Shown here: in pieces, positions 39,061-51,712 of the stretch | Layout of the letters: each line of letters opens with the position of its first letter | Position numbering within the stretch: position 1 is the stretch's first letter | Assembly: GCF_004010195.1 (NCBI RefSeq) | Contig: NC_057755.1 | Coordinates: 2,121,803-2,185,802 of the forward strand | Origin: Chiloscyllium plagiosum | Lineage: Eukaryota | Length of the DNA stretch: 64,000 nucleotides | Reading direction: 5' to 3' | The notes under the pieces: model-generated | The model's input: the letters and a program-made list of their open reading frames with translations, nothing else | What the model was told of the DNA's origin: nothing | The model's database searches: none | Position numbers and translations under genes: made by a program

Positions 39061-39669
39061 CTGGTTCAATGATAGGTACAACAGGACATACAAACAGCAG
39101 CACTGAAAACCAATATAGAAGGTTCTGACCTAGTGAAGATGGAAACAAGATGACTTTTGTATGGAACAAGTTATAGACAAAGCTAAGTGATCACATAACC
39201 AATGACACTCTGCTTTCTCCCCATTGTTGCTGCCAGACCTGCTATGTTCTACCTGTAATTTTTGTTTTTCCATCATATCTAAATCCTGCACGTTTACTCA
39301 TAAAAGATGGTGGACAATTAAACCACTGGGGAAGAAGACTGCTCTCCAACAACTAAGCCCTCAGTTATGGGGCAGTCCAGGACATCAGTGCAAAAGATAA
39401 AGCTGAAACATTTTCAACAATCCTCAACCAAAAATACCAAGCAGTTGATCCATTTCAGCCTGCTCGTGAGGTCCCCATGTTCACAGATCCCAGTGTCCAG
39501 CCAATTCAACTCACTCTCCCTGGTGTTATGGAATTACAGGAGGCACTGGATACTGAAAAGGTTGTGGGTTCTGACAATTTAAATATCGAAAAATTGTCAC
39601 CTGCCGAGCCAAACTGCTTTGATGCAGCAACAACACTGGCATGGACCGAGAATGAAAAATTACCCAGGC

Positions 39670-39988
39670 TTAGATTAGATTACTTACAGTGTGGAAACAG
39701 GCCCTTCGGCCCAACAAGTCCACACCGACCCGGCGAAGCGTAACCCACCCAGACCCATTCCCCTACATTTTCCCCTTCACCTAACACTACGGGCAATTTA
39801 TCATGGCCAATTCGCTTAATTTGCACATTTTTGGATTGTGGGAGGAAACCGGAGCACCTGGACGAAACCCACGCAGACACGGGGAGAATGTGCAAACTCG
39901 ACACAGTCAGTCGCCTCGGGCGGGAATTGAACCCGGGTCTCTGGCGCTGTGAGGCAACAGTGCTAACCACTGTGCCACCGTGCCACCC
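39670..39988 (-). mobile_element. HE1-like SINE, young and full-length, inserted in a LINE fragment (about 39310-40040)
   Basis: Minus strand GGGTGGCACGGTGGCACAGTGGTTAGCACTG (A box), CCGGGTTCAATTCCC (B box), core TTTGCACATTCTCCCCGTGTCTGCGTGGGTTTC, tail (AATCT)n. Confidence 0.92.
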
Positions 39989-40041
39989 ATGGTGCTTGTT
40001 TTACACGGAAAAAAAGGGCAAATCTGATGATGTCAATTAAC

Positions 40042-42149
40042 GGTTAGAGTGCCCTGTAGTAATTGGGTTTCGAGGTCCCTGTGCTTTGTGGGGTTAGAAG
40101 CCCCTTTGGTAATTGGGGTTAAAGCCCCGTCGTAATTGGGGTTAGAGAAATCTGCGTTTTGTGGTGTTAAAGGCCACTGTGTTTAGTGAGGTTAGATTGC
40201 CCTGTAGTAATTGGGGTTAGGTTTCCCTGTAGTTATTGGGATTAGAGTCCCCTGAGCGTTGTTGCACTAGGGGCCACTGGAATAATTGGTGTTAGCGTGC
40301 CCTGTATTAATTGGGGTTGGCGGCCACTTTTTGAGGGGGATAGAGGTCACTGTGCTTTGTGGGGTTCGAGGCCCCTGCAGTAATTCGGTTTAGAGCCTCT
40401 TATAGTACTTGAGGTTGTATACCCCTGTAGTAATCGTGGCTAGACGCCCCTTTGTTTTGTGGGGTTAGAACCCCCTGTATTAATTAAGGTTCGAGCCCGC
40501 TGTGTTTGTGGGGTTAGAGTGCCCTGCAGTTATTGAGGTTAGAGGCCCCTCTAGTAATTGGGGTTAGAGTGTTCTGTAGTAATTTGGGTTAGAGTGCCCT
40601 GTAGTAATTGGGGTTAGAGGCCCCTGTATTTTGTGGGGTTAGAGCCCCCTGTGTTTTTTGTGGCAAGAATGCCCTGTAGTAATTGAGGTTAGAGGCCCTG
40701 TAGTAATTGAGGTTATAGGCCACTGTAGTAATTGGGGTTAGAGGCCCCTGTAGTAATTGAGGTTAGAGGCCCCTGCGGTAATTGAGGTTAGAGGCCCCTG
40801 TGGTAATTGGGGCTAGAGTGCCCTGTATTAATTTGAGTTAGAGTGCCCTGTAGTAATTTGAGTTAGAAGCCCCCGTGTTTTTTGGGGTTAAAGGCCCCTG
40901 TAGTAATTGAGGTTAGAGGCCCCTGTAGTAATTGAGGTTAGAGGCCCCTGTGGTAATTGGGGCTAGAGTGCCCTGTAGTAATTGGGGTTAGAGTGCCCTG
41001 CAATTATTTGGGTAACAGGCCGCCGTGTGTTTTTGGGTTAAAGGCCCCTGTGTTGTCTGGGGTTAGAGGCCCCTGTAGTAATTGTGTTTAGAATCCCCTG
41101 GGTTTCGTGGGGTTAGATCCCCTGTAGTAACTGGGATTAGAGGCCCCTGTAGTAATTGGGGTTTGAGGCCCCTGTATTTTGTGGGGTTGGAGGCCCCTGT
41201 GTTTTGTGCGTTTAGAGACCCCTGTGTTTTGTGGAGCTCGATGCCCCTGTGTTTTTGGGGTTAGAGTGCCCTGGAGTAATTGGGCTTAGCGCCTCATGTC
41301 GCACTTGAGATTGTAGACCCCTGTAGTAGTTGTGGTTAGATACCCCCATGTTTTGTGGGCTGAGAGCCCCCTGTAGTAATTGGGGTTAGAGTACCCTATA
41401 GTAATTGGGGTTCGAGTGCGCTGTGGTAAGAGGGGTTAAAGGCCACGGTGTTTTGTGGAGTTTGAAGCTTCTGTGTTTTATGAGTTTAACTGCCCCAGTA
41501 GTAATTGGGGTTAGAGTCCACTGTGGTAATTAGGGTAAGAGTGCCCTGTATTAATTGGCGTTAGAGCGCCCTGTAGTAATTGTGGTTACATGCCCCTGTG
41601 GTAATTGTGGTCACAGTGCCCTGTAGTTATTAGAGTTAGAGTGCCCTGTAGTAATTGGGGTTAGAGGCCCTGTGGTAATTGGGGTTAGAGTGCCCTGTAT
41701 TAATTGGGGTTAGAGCACTCTGTAGTAATTGCAGTTACAGGCCCCTGTGGTAATTGTGGGTACAATGCTCTGTAGTTATTGGAGATAGAGTGCCCTGTCA
41801 TAATTAGTGTCAGAGGCCGCTGTAGTAATTGGGGTTAGAAGTGCTGTGTTTTGTGGGGTTAGAGGCCCCGTAGTAATTTGGGTTAGAGGCCCCTGTACTA
41901 ATTGGGGTTTGAGGCTCCTGTGTTTAGTGGTGTTAAATTGCCCCGTAGTTACTAGGGTTACAGTCCCCTGAGCGTTGTGGGGCGACGGGGCCCCGTAATA
42001 ATTGGCGTTAGAGTACCTTGTATTAATTGGGGTTAGAGTGCCCTGTAGTTATTGGGTTTAGACGCCCCTGTAGTAATTGGAGTTAGAAGCCCCTGTGCTT
42101 TGTGGAGTTAGAGGCCCCTGTAGTAATTGGGTTTAGAAGCCCCTGTAGA
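40042..42149. repeat. 2.1-kb minisatellite, 25-bp unit TAGTAATTGGGGTTAGAGGCCCCTG interspersed with variant TGTTTTGTGGGGTTAGAGGCCCCTG
   Basis: About 80 tandem copies of two alternating unit types. Confidence 0.95.
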
Positions 42150-43415
42150 CCATTAGTTTTGTGAAGATTTAAAGTAGGTAGGATAAATATGGGTGCGACC
42201 ATAGATAAGATGGAAGACAAATGTCCCCTAACAGAAATAGTAAGTCAGTATCCGAATTATGAAAATCTATTGAGGAGAATATCAGCTGCAGCTCGTCAAC
42301 AGAGGCCGCTTCCTTAACTCATCAGGAACCCTTATCCTCAATGCTGCCTGTGTTGCTAATCTCCTCAGTACTATACAACGTCCCTCTCAATTGATAATTA
42401 TTAAATGTTGTGCTCACTCCTCTGATGCTTCCGTTGTCACTAAAGGCAACAATGCTGCAGATACAGCTGCTAAGAAAGCAGCTTTTGAGCAAAAAGACAT
42501 GGTTACTCAAATGACCAACAGGAAACTAAACAGAGAATCTCCTATTTCCTCTTCTGACAACGCCACCATGCCTGACCTAGAACAAATATGGACCCATCAT
42601 GGGGACATGTCTGATGAGGAAAGGCAAAGATGGATGCACGATGGCTGTTATGTAAATAGTTACAATAAGCTTTGGTTTCACCAGTAGGACAGACGAGTCT
42701 GTTTGACTCACTTCTGCCTATTCTAGTTGATTACGTTCATCCACAAACGCATATAGGTAAGGAGGGAATGGAGGACAGACTTCTCCACACTTGGTGGAAT
42801 CCCCACCTGCAAGAAAAAGCAAAACACGCAGCTGGAAATACTCTCATTTGTCAAAAGCATAATCCCGGGAAAGGAGTAAACTATCCACCAGGTCAAACTC
42901 ACTTCCCAAGTGCACCTTTTATAACTATCCATTTCTATTTTATAAAGTTACCTCGATGCCATTGTTATAAGTATTGCTTAGTGATAATCGATGTATTTAG
43001 TAAATGGATTGAAGGATTGAAGCTTATCCCTGTACTGACAGCATAGCAACAACTACTTGTAAAATTCTGTTAAGGGAATCATACCTAGATTTGGAACACC
43101 AGTCACGGTCTCTTGTGATAACGGACCTCACTTCTGTGCCGAGTTAAGCAAGGAATTATGTAATATTTTGAATTTGTATCAAAACTTCTGTTGTAAGCTA
43201 ACCAAAGCATTGCAGTCTGATCATCAACAGGTCAAAGACGCCAATCTAGTACCAGGGAAGGAATAATGAAGAGCTCCAGTGTTTAAAGACATTAACCCTG
43301 GTGACTAAGTACTATTGAAAGAATTTAATCACGAAACATTGGGCTCCCACTGGAAAGGTCGTTGTCAAGTTCTTTTGAGAACTGAAACTGCAGTAAAGGT
43401 GCAAGGACGTTCAAC

Positions 43416-43703
43416 ATGGGCCTACAAAGGACATTGCAAGCTTGTGTCCCCCTCACAGTCTTCGTGTTAGTACTGATACAGGCATCCAATGAAAACCCAA
43501 CACAAGTACATGCGCCCAAATGTAACCAACCCATCAATGATATCTCTGACCGGCTACAACCCCAATGTGACTGTATAAATGAAACTTGTACTAATACCAT
43601 TGGAAGTCATGAATGCAGCTGCCCAGCTGAAACTCATTTACGCTATTCACATGAGACTTACCACCTGTACCTCATCGATGGAATCCTCTCCTATCTGACC
43701 TGA
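43416..43703 (+). CDS. 95-aa ORF at the pol/env boundary: signal-like peptide plus EGF-like domain (decayed)
   Basis: ATG in a strong Kozak context overlapping the end of pol. Hydrophobic VPLTVFVLVLIQA, then CDCINETCTNTIGSHECSCPAETHLRYSHETY. Confidence 0.5.
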   Translation: MGLQRTLQACVPLTVFVLVLIQASNENPTQVHAPKCNQPINDISDRLQPQCDCINETCTNTIGSHECSCPAETHLRYSHETYHLYLIDGILSYLT

Positions 43704-43745
43704 TAGAAATACTTCACATGTTTCCTGTATTCAGTAGTTACTGTA

Positions 43746-45057
43746 ATGAACAAGACAAGCTGGAAAGATGAAGAAACACCAAAAAAAAACTCTGCCTTGC
43801 CAATTCTCCTTCTGTTACTAATCGTTTCTTTATTCAAACTAAACCCCATTATCCATGTGTTATCTGCTCACTCTTCCATTATTCTGACGTACAGTGTATA
43901 AATAGGACTCACCACTTATGCAACCTCTCATTTGAGATGGAAAAAAACATTCAGTAGAAATAGCCCGTCACTATGTGAAGTGCACTAACAAACCTCAAGG
44001 ATTCGACGTTAACATTGTTCCACTGTTAGGATAATGCGTTGAAACAATTTCCAGTACCCACGACATGGGCAAGTGAAATAAAAACTATGCAAAAATATTA
44101 TCAAAGACATTGGTCTTTCTCCTGCTCTCAATCCGTTAACACACTTGGACAATCGGATGTTTGATAGCACCCACTGTTTACAAGATTCAGCTCTCGCTCT
44201 GAGTGGACTCGCCATTCACTCACAGAAGTGCACCTTTGGAACTCCGTTTAGTTTTGATTGGCGATGTGAAAACAAAGCCTACCCATCTTTACCCAGTAAC
44301 TGGTACGGACATTGCGCCCTAGCACACACCGTACCACTTTTCAACATCCACCATGAGGTACCTGAAGGAGATGATGAATGGAACACCCACCAACATGTGA
44401 ATCAGCACGGAACAAAAAATAGAGGAAAAACAATTCAGGACTTTCACAACTTCTTCCATCAACAAACCTGGTAGTCCAATTGCTGGGAGGTCTTATTCCT
44501 GGCTTGTGTGCTGAGATGGCCCAAGATCAGATAAGTGACCTTGTGTATGGCATCGAAAGATTTGCCAACTCAACTGCCCACTCTCTGAAGCTGGCGAACA
44601 AAGAGTGCGAGAATTCCTCCTTGCTAAAGAAGAATGTGCAAATTCATTCATTGGCCCGCAGTGTTGTGCCTACATCGATGATTTCTCAAAAGATATTTTG
44701 GACCACACAGATGGTATCAACAAAAGGGGTCAAGATGCAGGGAAGATACCTGACACACGATCCATGTGGATGGAGTGTTACCTGCTGGCTATAGTGGCTG
44801 TGCGGATGGATAGTGTGGGATGTACAGTACTTGATCTCATCCTAGGAATATACGTTTTCATCTGTTTATGCATGAAATGGACCATACCTTGCTTTTCGCC
44901 GAAGCCAAAGAGGAATCTGGTTAATTGACCCTTGTCGACCCATGTACCTCCATGCCCGAACGCCCATGCTGAAATCCAGTATCTTTCAGACTCTGCTCCT
45001 ACGGATGATGACTCGCCAGAGGAGGCACTTGACTTATTTAGAATGCAAACCAACTAA
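43746..45057 (+). pseudogene. env pseudogene of ERV B (SU/TM)
   Basis: MNKTSW..LPILLLLLIVSLF hydrophobic leader, SU motif DWRCENKAYPSLPSNWYGHCALAH, fusion peptide LGGLIPGL, heptad, FLLAKE..IGPQCCAYI and a TM segment. Stops and deletions, including most of the immunosuppressive domain. Confidence 0.8.
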
Positions 45058-45116
45058 ATGGACTAATTACAATTGTATAAGCGATGTAGTTGTCAAGAAA
45101 TGACAAAAGGAGGGAA

Positions 45117-45421
45117 TGCGAAAGTGCGTAGCCTTAAAACATGTCCTTAAACATTTAGACTAAAATGTAATGTTGATTTATAGAACACATTTGCTGCACT
45201 CTGGAAAATAGACATGCAGGGAGGGTAAGGCAATTAAGAACATTTGCCTTAACCCAGCTAGTTTAGCTTATAGCTCTCAGTGCTATTTTGTAACAGTGAT
45301 GGTATTAGTAAATAAAGCGGATGACTAAAATTAAACTAAATTGTCTGTAAGAAGATTTTTTTTTTCATTCAAGACCACCAAAGAGCGCGAACTCTGGGAC
45401 GAACCAAGAGAGAGTCTTACA
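45117..45421 (+). repeat. 3' LTR of ERV B
   Basis: Follows the polypurine tract AAAAGGAGGGAA (45105-45116). TG...CA ends, AATAAA at 45311-45316. No matching 5' LTR in the window, so the right end is inferred. Confidence 0.7.
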
Positions 45422-45469
45422 GGTTGAGTCCACAAGGGATTTCCTGGGCCGTCTCTAATCTGTACTTTA

Positions 45470-46005
45470 ACAGCTGCACCTGGAGTATTCTGTGCAGTTC
45501 TGGTCACCGCATTTTCGGAGGGATGTGCAAGCTTTAGAAAGTGTTCAGAGGAGATTTACTTGGATGTTGCCTGGTATGGAGGGAAGGTTTTATGTGGACA
45601 GACTAGGGGACTTGAAGCTGTTTTCGTTGGAGAAAAGGTTGAGAGGTGACTTAATTGAGACAGAAAGATAATCAGGGGATCAGATAGGCTCTCACTGTCC
45701 ACCCTTTTTCCTCAGATGGTAATGGCTAGAATGAATAGCATAACTGCAAATTGAGGGGTGATAGATAGCGGACAGATGTCAGTAGTAGTTTCTTTACTCA
45801 GAGAGTAGTAAGGGCGTGAAACACACTGCCTGCAAATGTAGTAGATGCACGACCTTTAAGGGCATTTAAATGATCATTGGATAAACATATGGATGAAAAT
45901 GATATACTGTAGGTTAGATGGGCTTCAGATTGGTTTCACAGGTCAGCGCAACATCAAGGGCCAAAGGCCTGTACTGCGCTGTAATGCTCTATGTCCTATG
46001 TTCCA
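45470..46005 (+). mobile_element. CR1 3' fragment
   Basis: CACCTGGAGTATT..GTGCAGTTCTGGTC, with tail CTCTATGTCCTATGTTCCATG. Confidence 0.85.
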
Positions 46006-46144
46006 TGAAAATGTCATCAGTATATTCTTAATTTCAAGCATATATTCAGGACAGATTCCGCAGTCTGCTGTGGCAGGAACAGAATCTGAGCTTTTGGATT
46101 AATCTCGAATTTCCTCCCGACCCCAGAACCCTATCCTCCAAGCT

Positions 46145-47069
46145 CCATGACCTCTGAGCCCAGCTACACCCTACCCTATCTCTGTAACCTCCTCCAGCCC
46201 CAACATCTCTCCCCTCCTACCTCCATGACCACTGACCCCTGCTACACCCCTCCCTATCTCTGTAAACTCCTCCAGCCAAAACACCTCTCCCCCACTTCCA
46301 TGACCATTGACCCCAGTTACNNNNNGCTACACCCTTCATATCTCTGTAACCCCTTTTAGCCCCTACATCTCTCCCCTCCCATCTCCATGACCTCTGACCT
46401 GAGCTACACCTCTCCCTACCTCTGTAACCTTCTCCAGCCCCTACACCTCCTCACAGTCGCTGCAACGTTCTATCTCTGTATAATCTGTATCCAGAAATTT
46501 GTCACAACCTCCAGCCCAACATGCATCCTTATCTCTGCCACCTCTTTCACGAAATTCAAATCGAGCTGACCTTGTTAATATTGATTTTGCTTCATGCATC
46601 TCTTGTGCAATGAAAACTTTGTGCTTCACTTTATCAAAGCATCCTGTGATCTGTATGCCCTTGCTTATTACGATCTACTTCTACTGCTCACAAACAAAGC
46701 TTTTCACTGTCCTCAGGTACACCTGACCACATCAAATCAATTCAAATAATCCAGCCACAATGCAGAACGCTATCTCTGTACCCCCTGTGAGAACAGAAAC
46801 TCACCCTATCTCTGTCACCTCCTCCAGTACCTCCATCCTTCCCTAATTGCATAGCTTCTTCCAGTATTTACAGTATTCTATCTCTGGAAACTCCATCTTT
46901 CCCCATCTCTGTAATATTCTCCAGCAACTACATCCCTCCTTATATATTTAACCATCTCCACCATCTACATCATTCTCTGTCCCTGTGGTATACTCCATCC
47001 CCCACACCACTTCCTATCTTCATCACCTCCTCCAGTCCATTCACACCTTCCCGTCTCTGTAATCTCCTC
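46145..47069. repeat. Degenerate C/T-rich minisatellite (CCCTATCTCTGTAACCTCCTCCAGCC core)
   Basis: Recurrent TCTCTGTAACCTCCTCCAG motif. Confidence 0.8.
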
Positions 47070-47694
47070 TGTGAGAAATAAAACTCACAGTATAATAAAT
47101 TTCAGTCCGAGTCAGAATCTGAAACAGCGAATTTTATTGAAATCTTCTTGCAAGAAGGGGTGACCAGTAGACACTCACATTCAGGGATTGCTTTACAATT
47201 TTGTACAGTTTTAATTTTTGATCTTCATACCTATCAACCTCCCTTATTGTGTCTGCCACTACCCAGCCGCGCTCCACCCTTATTATGTCCCCCCTTCTCC
47301 AAGTTGGCGACCCTCCCCTTTGTAAGTGCTGACACAAGGGAGATTTTGCTAAACTTGAATCTTGATGTTATTTTCACTTTATCTGTTTGCTTGTAACATC
47401 TTCAATTGTTCATAGGTACATTCCATTCCTGAATATACATTTTAACAATGTGTCTTTTCTTGCCTAGTTTATGTGTATCAGCTATCTCAACTATTTTTCT
47501 GAGACTGTAAATAATTTAAACTATCATGATGAAAGAAATTATTTGCTAGAATAATTATGCACTAAAGTTAATACCCAATTATCCACAATTATACACTAAA
47601 GTTAGTAATTATTTACCTATATCCCACAATTATACACTAAAGTTAGTACGCAATTATACTTGCGGAAGTAACCCTGTGTTACTTATATCCCATA
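47070..47694 (-). repeat. 3' LTR of ERV C
   Basis: Homologous to 54301-54944. Adjacent minus-strand PPT AAAAGAAAAGAG (about 47701-47712). Minus-strand AATAAA near 47133-47138. U3 tandem repeats of AATTAT.CACTAAAGTTA. Confidence 0.9.
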
Positions 47695-47739
47695 ATTGCA
47701 CTCTTTTCTTTTTATTATCTTTTGTTATCATCTGCATCA

Positions 47740-49712
47740 TTTTTTCATATGTTGCTTCCAAACTGATCAACATTTTTCCCGAAATTTCATCTATTCTGGA
47801 TTTCTTTCTGGGGTCACTTATTCCTCTTGTTCAACAAGTAGAGCCCTGCCCCACTATTGTTCTTTAAAGGCATTCGTGTGCTAATGTTGTTTAAATCAAC
47901 CTTAGAATTAACCCCTGTGCGCAGAGTACGATACAGCATCCCAGTGCGATTATTACTCCCACCACGACGATCAAAGAGGTAAGGACTGAAACCACCACAC
48001 CCTTCTATTTTCCAAACCACGATTCTAGCCACCCCAGTGAATCATGTGCTGACTCCTGAATTTTCAGCTAGTTCTTCGGCGAGTGTTGTTAGACCTTGCA
48101 AGGCTCGAGTAATAGGCTCATCTGGGGCTGTGTTATTTGGAATATAAGTACAACAGCTCCCTCCTAACATTAGACACACTCCCTTTTTTTTTCTGCTGGG
48201 ATCATATCAAGGGCCATTCTATTCTCCTATGCCATTTGGCTGGTTGCATCAAGTTTTTCAGCTGTACCTTTAATTGTGTCTCTAGTGTGATTGATAAAAC
48301 TTTGCTGATTTTAGAAAATATAACTTACCCAATCCACATATTTGTTAACTGTTACCCACCAGAAGAGGGTCGATTCAAAGCCTTCCGTGATCTGGTTACA
48401 AGTTCTGAACTCATCGGGTACCCCTCTTGGGACTCCTATAGAGTCTAGATATACGGGATCATCAAACGATAGTGATTTGTTACTTCGGCCCGCTTCCTTT
48501 ACTATCTCTTTGTTTTCAAATGCTAGGGTGAATGGAATTGCCAATTGTACAATCACACACATGCCCCTCCAATCTGGAGGTAGGATGGGACTCAATATTT
48601 TCCCTCCACAGTACCACCACAGATCCGCTCGGGGAAGCCTTAATGCTGAGTAGTTCCCTCCCTTTTCCGTCACGTACTCGATTTCGTACATGCTTTCAGC
48701 TCCCCCAAATATCTGGACCGATCTGTTCCTCGCCTGTTTACTCACGATGTGTGATTTCCGAAAACGGCAGAAAACTTGGGGGACGTCTTTATGCCTTCCT
48801 TCTTTAAAGGAGGGAACTTTAATAGAAGGGGCATACAATCTTTATTACTCCATGTAGTAATCCTGATAAGTGCTATCATGCATGTCATGCCCCTCCTGTT
48901 TCGCTTCCACCTGAGCGGAAAGGGAATTACTTGGGCCATTGGTCTCCCAGAGGCACATGCATAACAATTGCTTGTATTCAAACTTTTCACAGTGTACTTT
49001 ATCCATTCAACCCAGGCATTTTTCTCCCCATATCCTGTTTCTACGTCAATGGTCTGTTTTATGTCCTTTACCTCTACAATTTTTATCACCTTAGGGTCAG
49101 AGTAAGGGACTTTACTATTCCTTTCTCCGATTCGGGTTCTGTCTTTCACCTGTATTTTAAAATAACATCCCCAGAAATTCTTTCGTCTGCTTTCATCTCT
49201 ATCCCAAGTATTTGGTCTAATTAGAAATGATAGGTTTCTCCCCTAAAACTGCTTCATACCATGGGGTTTTCTTTATTGTTAAATATATTGGGTTAAACCT
49301 ATTATCGAGACAGTCAAGAGCTGACCAGAAGGGGCCTCAGTATACTGTAACGAGTGGGTAATCAAGAGATCACTTCTGAGGCCTTCCTGCCTCAGCCAAT
49401 CTTTACATTCTTTATTCCAATGATATCTCTTACACTTTTTTCTCTGGGATATTTTCTTCCCGCTAGTCTTACCACATGCTGCACCCACACTTCTGGAATT
49501 CTTTCATAAAATCTAAGATGCATCTCTGTGTTACTGTACTGCCTTTGATTTATTACATCTCCATAATCCACCAGGCTGCAGGCATCTCTTTCTATGACTT
49601 GTGGATTTGTACTTTCAGGAACCGTTATCACTGATAAAGACGACATCACCATAATCTGACAGAGTCCTAAGACTAGAAAAGCTAATATAATGTACCTAAA
49701 CATTTTTCCCAT
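47740..49712 (-). pseudogene. env pseudogene of ERV C
   Basis: Signal MGKMFRYIILAFLVLGLC, NAWVEWIKYT..NCYACASGRP, PRADLWWYCGG..LPPDW.G.C..VQLAIPF, VYLDSIGVPRGVPDEF..NQI..GFES.LFWWVTVNK.VDW, and GVC.MLGGSCCTYIPNNT. Confidence 0.9.
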
Positions 49713-49879
49713 TCTATAGTGGTATGGAAGTACCGAGAGACTTAACATACAGTACTGCAGAAACTACCCCGCGCTCCGCTGCTACCATATAACAGGAGAG
49801 ACTTCACATACAGTATTGCAGAAACTATCCCACACTCACGCCGCTACCATATAATCAGATATATAAAGTCTTTTCAACT

Positions 49880-51712
49880 TAAGTTTAAGTGGTTCTTTTG
49901 TTAATTCAGCTGTTCAGACTTCTGCCTCACCTGGAGATTCCACTGACCCTTTGATCCGAGTGTAGTGAGTCCAGCCTTTCTCTACCGTTCTTATTGCTGT
50001 TTCAGTGGTTAGTAGTGCTTGGTACAGCCACTCCCAGTCTGCTTGCAATTTGGTCTCAGTCCATGTTTTGACTAGAACTCAATCCCCCGGTTGGATCGGA
50101 TTGACGGTGAATTCTGTGGGTGGAGTCTGTGCCAGCAAACTCTGTTTTCTGAGGAATGACAAAGAGGAGGACAAGCCCAGTACATACTTATTTAAAAACA
50201 GATCTTTAGTCTCCAGGGTCGGTAGTTCTCCTTTTGTTCCCAGATAGTGCAGACCAAACAATATCTCATAAGGGTACAGCCCCATATCTTTCCTTGGGGC
50301 TGTTCGCATTGGCAAAAGGGCTATAGGTAAACACTAAGTCCAAGGGAGTCTGGTTTCTACTATTAATTTGTATAACTGCTTCTTGAGCGTCTGGTTCATT
50401 CTGTCAACCATTCCTGATAAAGTGCCAAGGAGTGTGGAACTCCCAGGAGATTCCTAATCCCTCCATTACCCCCTGTTGTACCCTGGAGGTCATATTAGTT
50501 CCCTAATCTGAATCTATGCATTCCACTATACCGTATCTAGCGATTCATTGTTCAAGTATTATCTTGGACACCCCATTTGCGGTGGCCGTGGCTAAAGTGT
50601 ATGCTTCCACCCATCCAGATCGGTGATCAACCATTACCAGCATATATCTCAGTCTTCCCACTCGGGGTAATTAGGTATAATCTAATCGAATGCTCTGAAA
50701 TGGTCTTAGCCCAGGTTCTCTCCCTCCTGGGACTTGTTTCCTTAACACCTCCTTGTTTTTTGTTTACATGTTATACATCCCTCTCATATCTGTTTGGCTA
50801 TCGTATATATCCCTTTGCATCCATATTTTCTTAAGACTAAATCACACATTGCTTGCACTCCCTAGTGACTCCCCTGATGTAGGACAGCCATAATTTCTCG
50901 CATCATCATTTTATTCAACATTTCCCTCCCATCGGGTAACATCCAGTGCTCATCCGCTGTCTTTGCAGCTCCTAAATCTTTTAGTTCCTTTTCCTCCTTT
51001 GCAGTAAACAACAGGGCACCCTGAAGATCTGGAATTGCAGCTATTATGAAGGATATCACTGCTTCCTGTCGATTCAGGGTTACTGCTTTAGCTACCTCAC
51101 CGGCCAGTTTATTTCCCCTTACTTCCGGGTCATTCCCCTTCTGATGTCTGTTTATATGAACTATCGATATTTCTCTCGAAAGTAACAGAGATTCTAGCAC
51201 TTGTTTTATCAATTCCTCATTGCTAGTTCAATTTCTCTGCTATTTATCAGTCCTCTCTCTTGCCAAATTTTTCCAAAGCTATGTACCACTCCAAACGTAT
51301 AATTGGAGTCTGTATATACCGTTCCTTCTTTGTCTTCTAGGTTTCTGAGAGCTCTCTCTCGGGCATAGAGTTCACACGTTTGGGCTGACCAGCGGTTAGG
51401 CAGTCTTTCAGCCTCAATAACGCTTCCCTCTATCCCATCTACTACAGAATATCCATTGTGCCTTTTACCCCGGCACAGAAATGCAACTGGATTCAAGCAA
51501 CTGTCTGTGTCTAAAACAAGGTCATCCTGTTCTATTAAGACTGTCTCATATTTCAAGATCCGAGAGTCTGTGAGCCTTCGTCCTGCTTTCTAATTTAATA
51601 CAGTTCGTACCTGATGTGGGATGCTGACTATTAAGGCACCCCAAAAGTAAGTTTCCGACTCTCCTCTACCGATAAGCCTGTTGCTGCCACTGCCTGCACG
51701 CACTGTGGCCAG
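49880..51712 (-). pseudogene. 3' pol remnant of ERV C (connection, RNase H, integrase). RT is absent.
   Basis: WPQCVQAVAAT..VEESRKLTF, KYETVLIEQDDL, SAQTCELYA, VYTDSNY.FGVVH.FGKIW.ERG, HQGSH, RTAPRKD.GL.PYEILFG, IQPGD. Confidence 0.9.

Larger units (their letters stand above)
42150..45421 (+). mobile_element. Class I (gamma/epsilon-like) ERV B, internally deleted: gag start, RNase H, integrase, EGF-like ORF, env, PPT, 3' LTR
   Basis: MGATIDK at 42189 is joined to RNase H (IIKCCAH..KGNNAADTAAK). Integrase H..H..WWNP..CQKHN, LVIIDVFSKWIE, IPRFG.P..SCDNGPHF. env W.C..KAY..LP.NW.G.C.LA and IGPQCC. Confidence 0.88.

Noticed and set aside
40042..42149. CRISPR-like array (also considered for 18630-18872 and 58875-59368)
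   Set aside because: Units are contiguous with no unique spacers, there are no cas genes, and the context is vertebrate. These are minisatellites.
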